IMG/VR virus record: IMGVR_UViG_3300008259_004660
Span: 32,001-96,000 of that record
DNA: 64,000 nt
DNA from: a virus
Strand: one strand, 5' to 3'
In this document: in pieces, positions 30,738 to 39,947 of the stretch
How positions within the stretch are numbered: position 1 is the first letter of the stretch
How the letters are laid out: each line of letters begins with the position of its first letter
Translations under genes and position numbers: made by a program
Notes under the pieces: generated by a model
What the model was told of the DNA's origin: nothing
What the model saw: only the letters and a program-made list of their open reading frames with translations
Database searches by the model: none

Positions 30738-31505
30738 TTATTCAAGTTTTACATCAAAAGCTTTTTCAAATGCCTTTGGTGCTTCTTTATAGCTTTCTTG
30801 AGTTTCATCTTTTGGATCATTCAAGTATTGCCAATTAAAACTTAATTCATTTGGAACTTTGAACCCAAAGAACTTCAAAACGTTCTTTTGTGTTTCCAAA
30901 ACTTGCTCACCGTTCCAATTTTGACCAATAAACACAATACCTGCATCTTTATCTTTAATAATGTTATCTTCGTTCAAAGTGCTGTGTCTGTTTTCAAGCC
31001 AAGTCAAACGTTCGATCAATCTTTGATATACTCCGTTTGTTTGTCCCCATCTTACACTGCCAAAAAATACAACTGCGTCTGACTCAAACAATACTTTGCT
31101 GATCTTCCATAACTCATCGTCTTTGTTGTTGTAGCTGCACCAACAACGATGATCTCCTGTAGGATTCTTGGTTTTGTCTTTTAGTGCTGCTTCTTTTACT
31201 CCACAATTATTTCCTTCGTTCTTACTGACGTTACCTTCACAATCATATATCTTCAATTTTGATACATCGATAACTTCAGCGTTTCCAATTTCGTTTGCAA
31301 CATATTCAGCTAGTACACTGCTCTTTGGTTTTTGTTTGTCACCAACCCAACGATTGCTCGTAGTAAGAATCAGCACTTTTTTCTTTTGTTTCAGGCTATT
31401 GATCAATTTGTCCAACTTGCCTTCATACTCTGCATTCTCATTCAACTGAAAATGCTCGTTCAGAAGCTTACGATGCTTTAAAAATGTTTGTTCGAAATTG
31501 GACAT
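30738..31505 (-). CDS. Flavodoxin-like / NADPH-dependent FMN reductase family protein with Cys cluster
   Basis: VLILTTSNR, KSSVLAE, CEG..C..CWC, SDAVVFFGSVRWG..NGVYQRLIERL. Confidence 0.75.
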   Translation of the reverse strand: MSNFEQTFLKHRKLLNEHFQLNENAEYEGKLDKLINSLKQKKKVLILTTSNRWVGDKQKPKSSVLAEYVANEIGNAEVIDVSKLKIYDCEGNVSKNEGNNCGVKEAALKDKTKNPTGDHRCWCSYNNKDDELWKISKVLFESDAVVFFGSVRWGQTNGVYQRLIERLTWLENRHSTLNEDNIIKDKDAGIVFIGQNWNGEQVLETQKNVLKFFGFKVPNELSFNWQYLNDPKDETQESYKEAPKAFEKAFDVKLE

Positions 31506-31563
31506 ATATATAAATATTATCATTTATTATTTTAACATAGATTATTTGATATTTATCTACTGT

Positions 31564-33084
31564 ATGAAAAACTCAAATGTATTGAGTATAAGCGTTGAAA
31601 ATGCATGGAAGCCGTTGCCAGTTTCAGAGTGGAATGAAGAAAATGCACGGCATCTATTAAACAGAGCAGGATGGACAGCGACACCAGAAATGTTGAAGCT
31701 TGCTGTTTCAGAAGGATTGGGAAAAACACTTAATAGACTTTTTTCTTTGGGAGCAATGTCAAAGGGAATTATAAAACCGCCTTCTGTAGTAAGATTTGAA
31801 AATGAGGAGAAAGAGCTTCAAGCATCATTAAGAGGAGCAACTTCACCAGAAGAGCGTGCAAAAATTCGCAGAGAAATACAAAACAAGGAAAGAAACGGAA
31901 TAAATGATTTGGCGATGCAATGGATTAAAGATGCCGCCGAAATTGAAAATTCTGCATTTTACAAGTGGGTGTTGTTTTTAAGCGATGTGTATGTAGTTGG
32001 CGCGGACAAAGTGAGAAACCCAACATTCATACATCAACACTTCCAAATCATAGCAAAGAACGCATATATAACTGCACCATCTCTAACCAAAGAAATATCT
32101 CGTTCACCTGCTATGATTCAATACTTGGATCTAAATAGAAGCGACAAAAAAGCTCCAAATGAAAATTTTGCCAGAGAACTTTTTGAACTGTTTGTGCTTG
32201 GAGAGGGAAATTACAACGAGAATGATATCAAAGAATCGGCCAAAGCGTTCACTGGATATAGAACAAAAGGTGGAGACTTTTTCATCAACAATCAACAGCG
32301 CGACATGGGAATAAAAAGCATTTTTGAAAACACAGGAAGATTCAGCGGTGATGATGTAATAGATATTGCATATAAACAACCATCCGCAGGAAGATTCTTG
32401 CCGCAAGAAATGATAAAGTTCTACCTTACGGACACAGAAATTCCAATACAATATTTGGACGAGATAGCTAAGATATGGAGAAGCAAAAATTACAGTCTGA
32501 GGACTTTGCTTGGATTGTTTTTTGGAAGCAATATCTTTTACTCCAAGGAATACAAAAGAAACTATATCAAGAGTCCTATTCATTTTTACTGTGGTCTTGT
32601 ACAGGATATGGGAATAAAAGTTTCGCCGCTTCAAAGATTGGTTACACAACCATTAAGATCAATGGGTCAAATGCCATTTTATCCACCAAACGTTCGTGGT
32701 TGGGTTGGTGGAACCAATTGGATAAATTCATCAACCATACAAGCAAGAAGACAAACCGTTGAAAATCTTTTCGCCACAATAGATGAAAAGACATTAAATG
32801 CCGATGAACAAAAACAATTATCATTGGCAAAGGAAAATGGAACATATGAATTTGTGTTCAACGAAAAATCGTTAGCCGAACTATCAAAGCTATCAAACAA
32901 GGAAGCATCTTTTGTTTTATGCCATAGATTCATAAACAATCCTTCAAGAGAAATTCTTTATGGGATTGAGAGATTTTTAGGTACCCCCACCCTCAAAGGA
33001 AAAAAAGACAGCGGCACTCCCACCACAAGATTGAAAAGAGCAATTGTTACGATACTACAATCGCCAGAATATCAACTATGTTAA
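31564..33084 (+). CDS. DUF1800 family protein
   Basis: ARHLLNRAG, PAMIQYLD, PNENFARELFELFVLG, PPNVRGW, SPEYQLC. Confidence 0.9.
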   Translation: MKNSNVLSISVENAWKPLPVSEWNEENARHLLNRAGWTATPEMLKLAVSEGLGKTLNRLFSLGAMSKGIIKPPSVVRFENEEKELQASLRGATSPEERAKIRREIQNKERNGINDLAMQWIKDAAEIENSAFYKWVLFLSDVYVVGADKVRNPTFIHQHFQIIAKNAYITAPSLTKEISRSPAMIQYLDLNRSDKKAPNENFARELFELFVLGEGNYNENDIKESAKAFTGYRTKGGDFFINNQQRDMGIKSIFENTGRFSGDDVIDIAYKQPSAGRFLPQEMIKFYLTDTEIPIQYLDEIAKIWRSKNYSLRTLLGLFFGSNIFYSKEYKRNYIKSPIHFYCGLVQDMGIKVSPLQRLVTQPLRSMGQMPFYPPNVRGWVGGTNWINSSTIQARRQTVENLFATIDEKTLNADEQKQLSLAKENGTYEFVFNEKSLAELSKLSNKEASFVLCHRFINNPSREILYGIERFLGTPTLKGKKDSGTPTTRLKRAIVTILQSPEYQLC

Positions 33085-33088
33085 TACC

Positions 33089-34324
33089 ATGAAAAATCTA
33101 CCACACACACGCAGAGAATTTCTAAAAGTATCATCCACGGGAATTGGACTAATATCACTTGGTCAATTTGCACCGGAATTTCTGGTGCAATCGGCAATGG
33201 CGTCAACTCCGTTGCCAGAAAAAGATAAAAGTATACTTGTAATTGTTCAATTGGCAGGTGGAAATGACGGTCTTAATACTCTTATACCATACGAGGACAG
33301 CAATTATTACAAACTACGTCCGAAAATAGGTATCAAGAAAAAAGATGCAATTGTTATCAATAACACACACGCTCTACATCCTTCAATGGCAAAATTCAAT
33401 CAATTGTTCATTGAAGGAAAAGCTGGCATCATTCAAAATGTTGGTTATCCAAATCCAAACCGCAGCCATTTCAGATCGACTGAAATATGGGAAACCGCCG
33501 TTGACAGCGACAGAACATCAACAACTGGTTGGGTTGGAAGATTCATGGACAATCAATGTTCTGGTGTGCCAATAAATTCAACTGATCCATTGGCTGTGCA
33601 TATGACAAACAACACGCCACAATCTTTTGGAGGAAAAAAACCACATTCAACATTTGGATTTGTCAATAGAATAAACCGAAGAGACAACGAAGACACCAGA
33701 AAAGTATTAGAAACAACATATTTAAATACCAATGGTGAAAATGACAATAGTACATTTCTGAAACAAACACTCATGAACACTTTGCTTACTGAAAGAAAAG
33801 TGCAGCAAAAATTGGATGAATATAAACCATCGCACAATTATCCAAACAGTAATCTTGCTACATCATTGAAGAATGTTGCCGCCATGATAAGAGCAGGATT
33901 TCCAACCAGAGTATATTTCGTATCAATTGGTGGGTTCGACACACACAGCAATCAATTGATAAATCATTCAAACCTTTTGACACAGTTGTCTGATGCACTC
34001 CACGCATTTCAAAAAGACCTTGAAGGTCATAAACTAGACAAACAGGTCACCACAATGACATTCAGCGAGTTTGGTCGCCGCCCAAATGAAAATGAAAGTG
34101 CTGGTACAGATCATGGAACAGCCGCTCCCCTCTTCGTAATTGGATCAAATGTAAAAGGTGGAGTTTATGGCACTGCGCCAAATCTTAATCTGAAGAAAAA
34201 TCAAGATGTTGAATTCAGCACAGACTTCAGACAAGTATACAGTACTATGCTTGAGAAATGGATGAATTGTTCGTCTGAAAGTGTTCTTGGAAGAAAATAC
34301 AATGGTTTGGATATTATCGTTTGA
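33089..34324 (+). CDS. DUF1501 family protein with Tat signal peptide
   Basis: TRREFLK twin-Arg leader; VIVQLAGGNDGLNT, NRSHFRS, GGFDTH, FSEFGRR, GTDHG, DFRQVY. Confidence 0.9.
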   Translation: MKNLPHTRREFLKVSSTGIGLISLGQFAPEFLVQSAMASTPLPEKDKSILVIVQLAGGNDGLNTLIPYEDSNYYKLRPKIGIKKKDAIVINNTHALHPSMAKFNQLFIEGKAGIIQNVGYPNPNRSHFRSTEIWETAVDSDRTSTTGWVGRFMDNQCSGVPINSTDPLAVHMTNNTPQSFGGKKPHSTFGFVNRINRRDNEDTRKVLETTYLNTNGENDNSTFLKQTLMNTLLTERKVQQKLDEYKPSHNYPNSNLATSLKNVAAMIRAGFPTRVYFVSIGGFDTHSNQLINHSNLLTQLSDALHAFQKDLEGHKLDKQVTTMTFSEFGRRPNENESAGTDHGTAAPLFVIGSNVKGGVYGTAPNLNLKKNQDVEFSTDFRQVYSTMLEKWMNCSSESVLGRKYNGLDIIV

Positions 34325-34355
34325 CAATTAAGGTGAGTAGGAATAAATTCATGAT

Positions 34356-34670
34356 ATGATCATAATCAAAACGATATACAGTGCCGGTGGCGCTTGCCCA
34401 TATCAATTGGAAGCAAAAACAAATGATGGCCAATGGTTTTATCTTAGATATAGGAATGGAATGCTAAGATATGCGATTGCTCCTAGTTCAGAATCTTGGA
34501 TGAAGCGAAAAGGTGATAGCGTATATGATTATAGCAAGAAAATCGGAGATGATCTTGACGGATTTGCCAACCACAATACAATATATCCACACCTCAAAGA
34601 ACTTGTTAAGTTTCCAGAGGACTTTAAAATAGACTCCAACGAGATTATTGACCCACTTGAATTAAAGTGA
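34356..34670 (+). CDS. Hypothetical protein
   Basis: GACPYQ..FYLRYRNG pattern; TTGACA promoter at about 34321. Confidence 0.6.
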   Translation: MIIIKTIYSAGGACPYQLEAKTNDGQWFYLRYRNGMLRYAIAPSSESWMKRKGDSVYDYSKKIGDDLDGFANHNTIYPHLKELVKFPEDFKIDSNEIIDPLELK

Positions 34671-34856
34671 TCAAGGAAAATCTTTGCTTCCGCTACTAGG
34701 ATTTGTATATCCTTGATACTCATCAACATCATCTGTAGTGGATGGTGTACTTGGAGTAGGTTGAGGTGTAGGAACAGAATTACTGTTCTTTTTCTTTTTC
34801 AAGAAAAATACTGCTGCGCCGCCAACCAAAATTAATAGTATTATTATCAACATCAT
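34671..34856 (-). CDS. Small membrane-anchored protein
   Basis: Hydrophobic N-terminus, KKKK stop-transfer, P/T/S-rich tail. Confidence 0.55.
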   Translation of the reverse strand: MMLIIILLILVGGAAVFFLKKKKNSNSVPTPQPTPSTPSTTDDVDEYQGYTNPSSGSKDFP

Positions 34857-34921
34857 ATTCAATAAGTATGTAGATTTTTCTATAAAAGTATTGACTTTTG
34901 GTATAAAATAAGTCATAGTTT

Positions 34922-35977
34922 ATGACAATGAATACATTGTCCGTAACTGTAAATGTTGACCAAACTCTACTTAATGCTCTTGAGCCATTTGATTACAAAT
35001 TTGATGGCACAAGTACATTTAGTCTACCATCGTTTGATGCTCCTAAACGCGATGGTAGTTGGGCGATTGGATTGATTGTTGGTCCATCTGGCACAGGTAA
35101 GAGTCAACTTCTAAAAAAGCATTATGGTATTACCTCAGAGCCTATATGGGATGCCAGCAAAGCTATTGCTAGTCAGGTTCAATATCAAAAATTAAGTGCC
35201 GTGGGATTGAATAGTGTACCGTCTTGGTGTCGCCCATATCATGTGTTAAGCAATGGTGAACAATTTAGAGCAAGAATGGCTGCAATGCTTGACAGCAATA
35301 CATCATTCGACGAGTTTACTAGTGTGGTTGATCGTACCATAGCAAAAAGCTGTTCTCACGCTCTTCAACGTCAAATTAGAAATGATAAATTGAATGGTGT
35401 TGTATTTGCCACATGTCATTATGATGTCACCGAGTGGCTGCAACCTGATTGGGTTTTTGATACACTTACACAGTCATTGACTGTGGGGAGGTCTCTTTGG
35501 CGACGCCCCGATGTTCATCTTTCCATCGAACGATGCGACAGTAGTTGGTGGCAAGTTTTTAAAGACCATCACTATTTGAGTGAAAACATAAACAAAGCAT
35601 CGCGCTGCTATATTGCAAAGTGGAACGACAACCCAGTTGGATTTGTATCCGTTCTTCCCATGCCAAGTGGAACTCTCAAGAATGCTTGGCGCGAACATCG
35701 TGTTGTAATTCTTCCAGACTATCAAGGAATTGGCTTGGGAGTAAGACTGAGTGATGCAATTGGACAGATGTATGTTGACGACGGCAAACGCTATTATAGC
35801 AAAACCGCACACCCTCGCATGGGAGAATACAGAAATAAATCCAAAAATTGGAAACCTACCAGCAAAAATATGAAAAACAGACAAGATTATAAAGCTGGTC
35901 ATGATAGGAAATACAGCAGTCAAAAACATGCGGACAGAACTTGCTACAGTCACGAATATATCAACAAAAGTTGTTGA
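34922..35977 (+). CDS. ABC-type ATPase fused to GNAT (Mom-like) acetyltransferase
   Basis: GPSGTGKS, LSNGEQFRA, FDEFTS; HHYL, V.PDYQGIGLG acetyl-CoA motif. Confidence 0.82.
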   Translation: MTMNTLSVTVNVDQTLLNALEPFDYKFDGTSTFSLPSFDAPKRDGSWAIGLIVGPSGTGKSQLLKKHYGITSEPIWDASKAIASQVQYQKLSAVGLNSVPSWCRPYHVLSNGEQFRARMAAMLDSNTSFDEFTSVVDRTIAKSCSHALQRQIRNDKLNGVVFATCHYDVTEWLQPDWVFDTLTQSLTVGRSLWRRPDVHLSIERCDSSWWQVFKDHHYLSENINKASRCYIAKWNDNPVGFVSVLPMPSGTLKNAWREHRVVILPDYQGIGLGVRLSDAIGQMYVDDGKRYYSKTAHPRMGEYRNKSKNWKPTSKNMKNRQDYKAGHDRKYSSQKHADRTCYSHEYINKSC

Positions 35978-36035
35978 CAACCGTGAAAAAATCTGCATTA
36001 TGCGGCGAATAATTAAGTAATTTAAAATCTTCGCC

Positions 36036-37028
36036 ATGTCTGAACCAATTGATTTCATCAAAACAAACTTCGAATACAACAATCAATCATTGTATAATCG
36101 ACTTTCAACATGCAGTTTCAGAACATTACTCCTTAATGGAATATGGAGAACGATGAAATCAAACGGCGAACCAGAATATGTCTTGATTGAAGATATGGCA
36201 CCAGATCATATAGCTCGTTCTATCAAAAAAGCAAAAGCAGACAACAACTCTCTTATCATTGATATTCTTGCAAGTGAAGTTGAAAGAAGAAGCAAAAGAG
36301 GAGAAATGGCACTTTCCAAGTTAAACAATAGCAATAACAAAAACACAGAAAAAAACACAATGAGTACAAGCACAAGTAACAACATAGAAACAAACCAACA
36401 CGTTTTCAGATATGCCCTGAATGATGTTTTGCGAGTGGCGGGTAAAGACAACAAAGTACGCGATGTAATCGTTACATTTAGACAGGAAGCCTTGGCTGAA
36501 AATGGATATCGCGCTGCATATAGATACAAGGTAAAGGGAAGCAATGGAGATAACAGTGCATTGTACTCTCAGCGAGATATGATTGAAATGGAAAATCGTG
36601 CTGTTAAATTGGAAAAACGCCGTAGCAAAAAGGCGAGCAAAACAAAGACACAGCGTGATGTATCACAGAAGTTTGAAGTAAATAAGACGTATGGTAGATA
36701 TACCATTGTAAATCACGATGCTGTTATGCGATTTGGAAAGAGAAAAGACGGAACCCTCACGGTTTCAAACTCTGTCACCGGTCACAGATATGATGTTACT
36801 GTTGATGGAGGAAAGACGGTTGTTACATTCACTCAAACAGAACTATCCAAGGCAATTGAAAGAGAAGCAAAAGCAATTGATACAACAAATGCTATTGTGC
36901 AAAGCGAACTTGATTTCAATTCATCCGAAAATTCGCAACTTCGTGCAGAGAATAATGAATTAAAGAGAATGATTGCTGAAATTCACGAAAAGCTTAATAT
37001 GCGAGCGGCCACAACAACTATTCAATAA
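36036..37028 (+). CDS. Hypothetical protein (possibly two products; internal ATG at 36360)
   Basis: 330-aa ORF; low-complexity A/C-rich linker before Met109. Confidence 0.6.
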   Translation: MSEPIDFIKTNFEYNNQSLYNRLSTCSFRTLLLNGIWRTMKSNGEPEYVLIEDMAPDHIARSIKKAKADNNSLIIDILASEVERRSKRGEMALSKLNNSNNKNTEKNTMSTSTSNNIETNQHVFRYALNDVLRVAGKDNKVRDVIVTFRQEALAENGYRAAYRYKVKGSNGDNSALYSQRDMIEMENRAVKLEKRRSKKASKTKTQRDVSQKFEVNKTYGRYTIVNHDAVMRFGKRKDGTLTVSNSVTGHRYDVTVDGGKTVVTFTQTELSKAIEREAKAIDTTNAIVQSELDFNSSENSQLRAENNELKRMIAEIHEKLNMRAATTTIQ

Positions 37029-37033
37029 TCCTC

Positions 37034-37159
37034 ATGAGTATACTCGGCATTATTCTATGGACATTGGCAATAGTTTGGATAATTGGAATCGCAGTCTTTG
37101 TTTATGGAATAATGACCGCAGAGGACAATGATGACCCAGATGAATGGGAAGGAAAGTAA
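37034..37159 (+). CDS. Small single-TM protein (not in ORF track)
   Basis: MSILGIILWTLAIVWIIGIAVFVYGIM + acidic tail. Confidence 0.55.
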   Translation: MSILGIILWTLAIVWIIGIAVFVYGIMTAEDNDDPDEWEGK

Positions 37160-37165
37160 GAACAT

Positions 37166-37489
37166 ATGAAAAATATATTGACAAAGCTTTTTGGGAAAGA
37201 AGAGCCAAACAACAAGGAAATAATGCCGCCATCTTATATTCCAGAGGCATTATACAACCTTGGTTGGGAGATAAACATCAGTGGCTCCAAAAGAGTATCA
37301 TCTGAATGGCAAAGAGTGAATGAAAAAGATATCAACGAAGCCAAGGAATCGCTGAAGAATCAAGTAGAAGAAATGCACAAGATTCTTGAAAAGGCACATA
37401 CCCAAAAGAAAGAATTCGTTAATCTTGAAAGTAATGTGTTTAGACTAAATGATGTATCATCAGTTACATCATATTGCTACAAAATTTAG
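37166..37489 (+). CDS. Hypothetical protein
   Basis: 107 aa; TAG stop supplied by TTTAGGTACCC motif. Confidence 0.55.
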   Translation: MKNILTKLFGKEEPNNKEIMPPSYIPEALYNLGWEINISGSKRVSSEWQRVNEKDINEAKESLKNQVEEMHKILEKAHTQKKEFVNLESNVFRLNDVSSVTSYCYKI

Positions 37490-37514
37490 GTACCCTACCC
37501 CATTATATTCATAT

Positions 37515-37790
37515 ATGCTGCGCTTATCATTCAAAATTCAAAACATATTCTCCAAAGACATATGGTATGATATGTACACATATACCAAACAGCTATCACG
37601 TAACAAATACTTTGAAAGCCAAGTAATATATTCAGACCACAATATATTTGAATTCGTATTAGATCTATCTTGGAATGGTAGAGATCATGTTGGTCCAAAT
37701 ATTGAATTATCATTATTTGGTTACCATATTATTGTAGGAATATATGACAGCAGACATTGGGATTATAAAGAAGGAAAGTGGGCGAGTTAA
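37515..37790 (+). CDS. Hypothetical protein
   Basis: ATG 37515. Confidence 0.55.
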   Translation: MLRLSFKIQNIFSKDIWYDMYTYTKQLSRNKYFESQVIYSDHNIFEFVLDLSWNGRDHVGPNIELSLFGYHIIVGIYDSRHWDYKEGKWAS

Positions 37791-37892
37791 ATACAAAAAA
37801 TAACACAAAAAATATATATAAAAAATGATATATAGATATATGTAACCGTATATATAATATATATCATAGAACAATCAACGAAAGAATAATAT

Positions 37893-38303
37893 ATGGCAAC
37901 AAAGAAACCCAGTTCAAAGAAGGCTGCAAAGAAAAGCAGCAACACAACTAAAAGATCAACAAAGAAAAACAAAAATAACGCGGCAGAAATTATTAACGCT
38001 ACAGAAAATAAAGAGCTTCAAACGCTCGCCGCTCAAGTTGATATAACACCAGTTGTAGAAAATAATAATACAGCAGAAACAGTAGTAGCAGAAACAGCAC
38101 AAGTTGATACAACAGCATCAACAGAACAAACACCGGATACATCGTCATTAGCATCAAGTGCCGCCGCTATACATAAAGACGAAGTTGTTGTTGAAAACGC
38201 ATCATATAACAATATGGTAGTTCCACAAACAAAAGATAATACATATGCGTTTATTATTGGTGGATTTGTTCTACTTATTACTTTGATGTTGTTTTTCATA
38301 TAA
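37893..38303 (+). CDS. Basic N-terminus, C-terminal membrane anchor
   Basis: ATKKPSSKKAAKK ... YAFIIGGFVLLITLMLFFI. Confidence 0.65.
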   Translation: MATKKPSSKKAAKKSSNTTKRSTKKNKNNAAEIINATENKELQTLAAQVDITPVVENNNTAETVVAETAQVDTTASTEQTPDTSSLASSAAAIHKDEVVVENASYNNMVVPQTKDNTYAFIIGGFVLLITLMLFFI

Positions 38304-38329
38304 GAAATAACAAACATAAAAAGGTTATA

Positions 38330-38548
38330 ATGAGCAGAAAGAAAAAAGAAAACAAGGCATTATCCAAAGAAGATGATGCCTTTTTTACATATGAAGAAGA
38401 GAAAAAAGATTTAGGTACCCTATTGCCTAATAAAAATGATACTTCTAATACCAAAAATACCATATATGTGTTTAAAGATAAAAGTACAACAACTGTGTGC
38501 TATGATGGTAAAAATGTAAATTATATCACCGTACATATGAATTCTTGA
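38330..38548 (+). CDS. Hypothetical protein
   Basis: 72-aa ORF. Confidence 0.45.
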   Translation: MSRKKKENKALSKEDDAFFTYEEEKKDLGTLLPNKNDTSNTKNTIYVFKDKSTTTVCYDGKNVNYITVHMNS

Positions 38549-38553
38549 AATAT

Positions 38554-38721
38554 ATGAGTAACAATACTAATAACAATATATCAAATATCAAGTATGATAG
38601 TCTAGAAGCTATGAAGGTAGAATATAGCTATCTAAGCAAAGAAGAAAAAAAGAAGTATATGAATATGCTTACTGAGTGGTATATGCGAGAAAAAGATATT
38701 CTTAGAAATGTTACAAACTGA
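38554..38721 (+). CDS. Hypothetical protein, 55 aa (not in ORF track)
   Basis: ATG 38554 to TGA 38719-38721. Confidence 0.45.
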   Translation: MSNNTNNNISNIKYDSLEAMKVEYSYLSKEEKKKYMNMLTEWYMREKDILRNVTN

Positions 38722-38779
38722 AATATAAAGTTGGGGAAATATACCCATATATACCATCAAATCGTGTATATACAAAAAG

Positions 38780-38814
38780 GTGGGATAGTGTGGGGTGAAA
38801 TGGGGCAATGTGGT
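38780..38814 (+). promoter_or_regulatory. MraZ-type direct-repeat operator (4 boxes, 10-nt period)
   Basis: GTGGG 38780, GTGGG 38790, ATGGG 38800, GTGGT 38810 in intergenic DNA. Confidence 0.55.
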
Positions 38815-39119
38815 AACGTAATGATATAAAAAGGTATACTAGAGTATATACAAGAATAAAAAATATATTATACTATACGGAGTAGATAATAGTAGGTATA
38901 TTAGGAGTAGATAGATACTAATGCACGCCGCCCGCTGTCAAGCATTTTATTTTATGAGAAATTTCATATATATCTTGACAAAAAATTTAGGTACCCCCTA
39001 TAGCTAATTTATTCATATGTTGTCAAGATCAAAATTGTTCCACGTGGAACATCTTTTTTGTTGACCTATACAATATAGTATGCCAAGATATTCAACGTTA
39101 AATAAACAACACACAAAAA

Positions 39120-39470
39120 ATGGCTAAGATTGATAACAATACCAACACTAAGAAGAACAGCAATAATATGCCCAAGGGTACAATGCCCAAGGACAAGCTA
39201 ACACGCTTTAAGCTCAAGGGTAATATTGATGAGCCGGGCGAATATAAGCATCGCACAATTGCTGATGTTAAGACAGTTGCTAAGAGTGCGCGTGCTGTTC
39301 ATACGTATAGAATGTATGTTCATGGTTGCACTGAAAAGCGTCTGCCATCTAGTCTTCGTCGTACTGTTCATTATTTCCTTACTCCTATGAGTAGAATGGA
39401 TAGTGATAATAGTAAAGATCGTAAGCCAGTTATTGAAGTTGATAACACACCTGAAACAAATAACACATAA
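39120..39470 (+). CDS. Basic hypothetical protein
   Basis: 116 aa; TTGACC promoter about 39062. Confidence 0.6.
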   Translation: MAKIDNNTNTKKNSNNMPKGTMPKDKLTRFKLKGNIDEPGEYKHRTIADVKTVAKSARAVHTYRMYVHGCTEKRLPSSLRRTVHYFLTPMSRMDSDNSKDRKPVIEVDNTPETNNT

Positions 39471-39475
39471 ATTTT

Positions 39476-39667
39476 ATGATTAGCATTTTGGTTGTAATTT
39501 CTGTACTATTCTTCTTGATTGTTGCTGTTTCAATTATTGAAAGCCGCAAGCAAAAAATTGAAGTAGATAAAAATGAATTTGACAAAGCTAATTTAAATAA
39601 ATGTGGCTGCGGCAAAACAAATGATATTGATGGTAACTGCGATGGCAGTCATATGAGCAATAATTGA
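39476..39667 (+). CDS. Membrane-anchored CDGSH-type [2Fe-2S] protein (mitoNEET-like layout)
   Basis: N-terminal TM, C-terminal CGCGKTNDIDGNCDGSH. Confidence 0.7.
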   Translation: MISILVVISVLFFLIVAVSIIESRKQKIEVDKNEFDKANLNKCGCGKTNDIDGNCDGSHMSNN

Positions 39668-39700
39668 TAATAGTGTAAATTTAAACTATTATAGATTTTT

Positions 39701-39740
39701 ACCCATTATGGTTTTTCATAATTACCATAGTGGGTTTTTC
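39701..39740 (+). terminator. Intrinsic terminator
   Basis: acccattatggt/accatagtgggt stem followed by T-run. Confidence 0.65.
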
Positions 39741-39783
39741 ATTTATATACAATATTTAAATTTTAGGTACCCACCACATCTAA

Positions 39784-39864
39784 ATGATATTGATATTAAT
39801 GTTTAGCGCCTTGATAATTTTGATCATTGCTATTATGATGTATGAGGATCATAAAAAATTTTAG
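39784..39864 (+). CDS. 26-aa hydrophobic micro-peptide
   Basis: MILILMFSALIILIIAIMMYEDHKKF; bracketed by TTTAGGTACCC motifs. Confidence 0.4.
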   Translation: MILILMFSALIILIIAIMMYEDHKKF

Positions 39865-39875
39865 GTACCCCACCT

Positions 39876-39947
39876 ATGATAATATTTACACTATTGTTGA
39901 TTTTATTTTTGTGCTATATAGCATTATTGCATTATACAGAAGATTAA
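39876..39947 (+). CDS. 23-aa hydrophobic micro-peptide
   Basis: MIIFTLLLILFLCYIALLHYTED; bracketed by TTTAGGTACCC motifs. Confidence 0.4.
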   Translation: MIIFTLLLILFLCYIALLHYTED

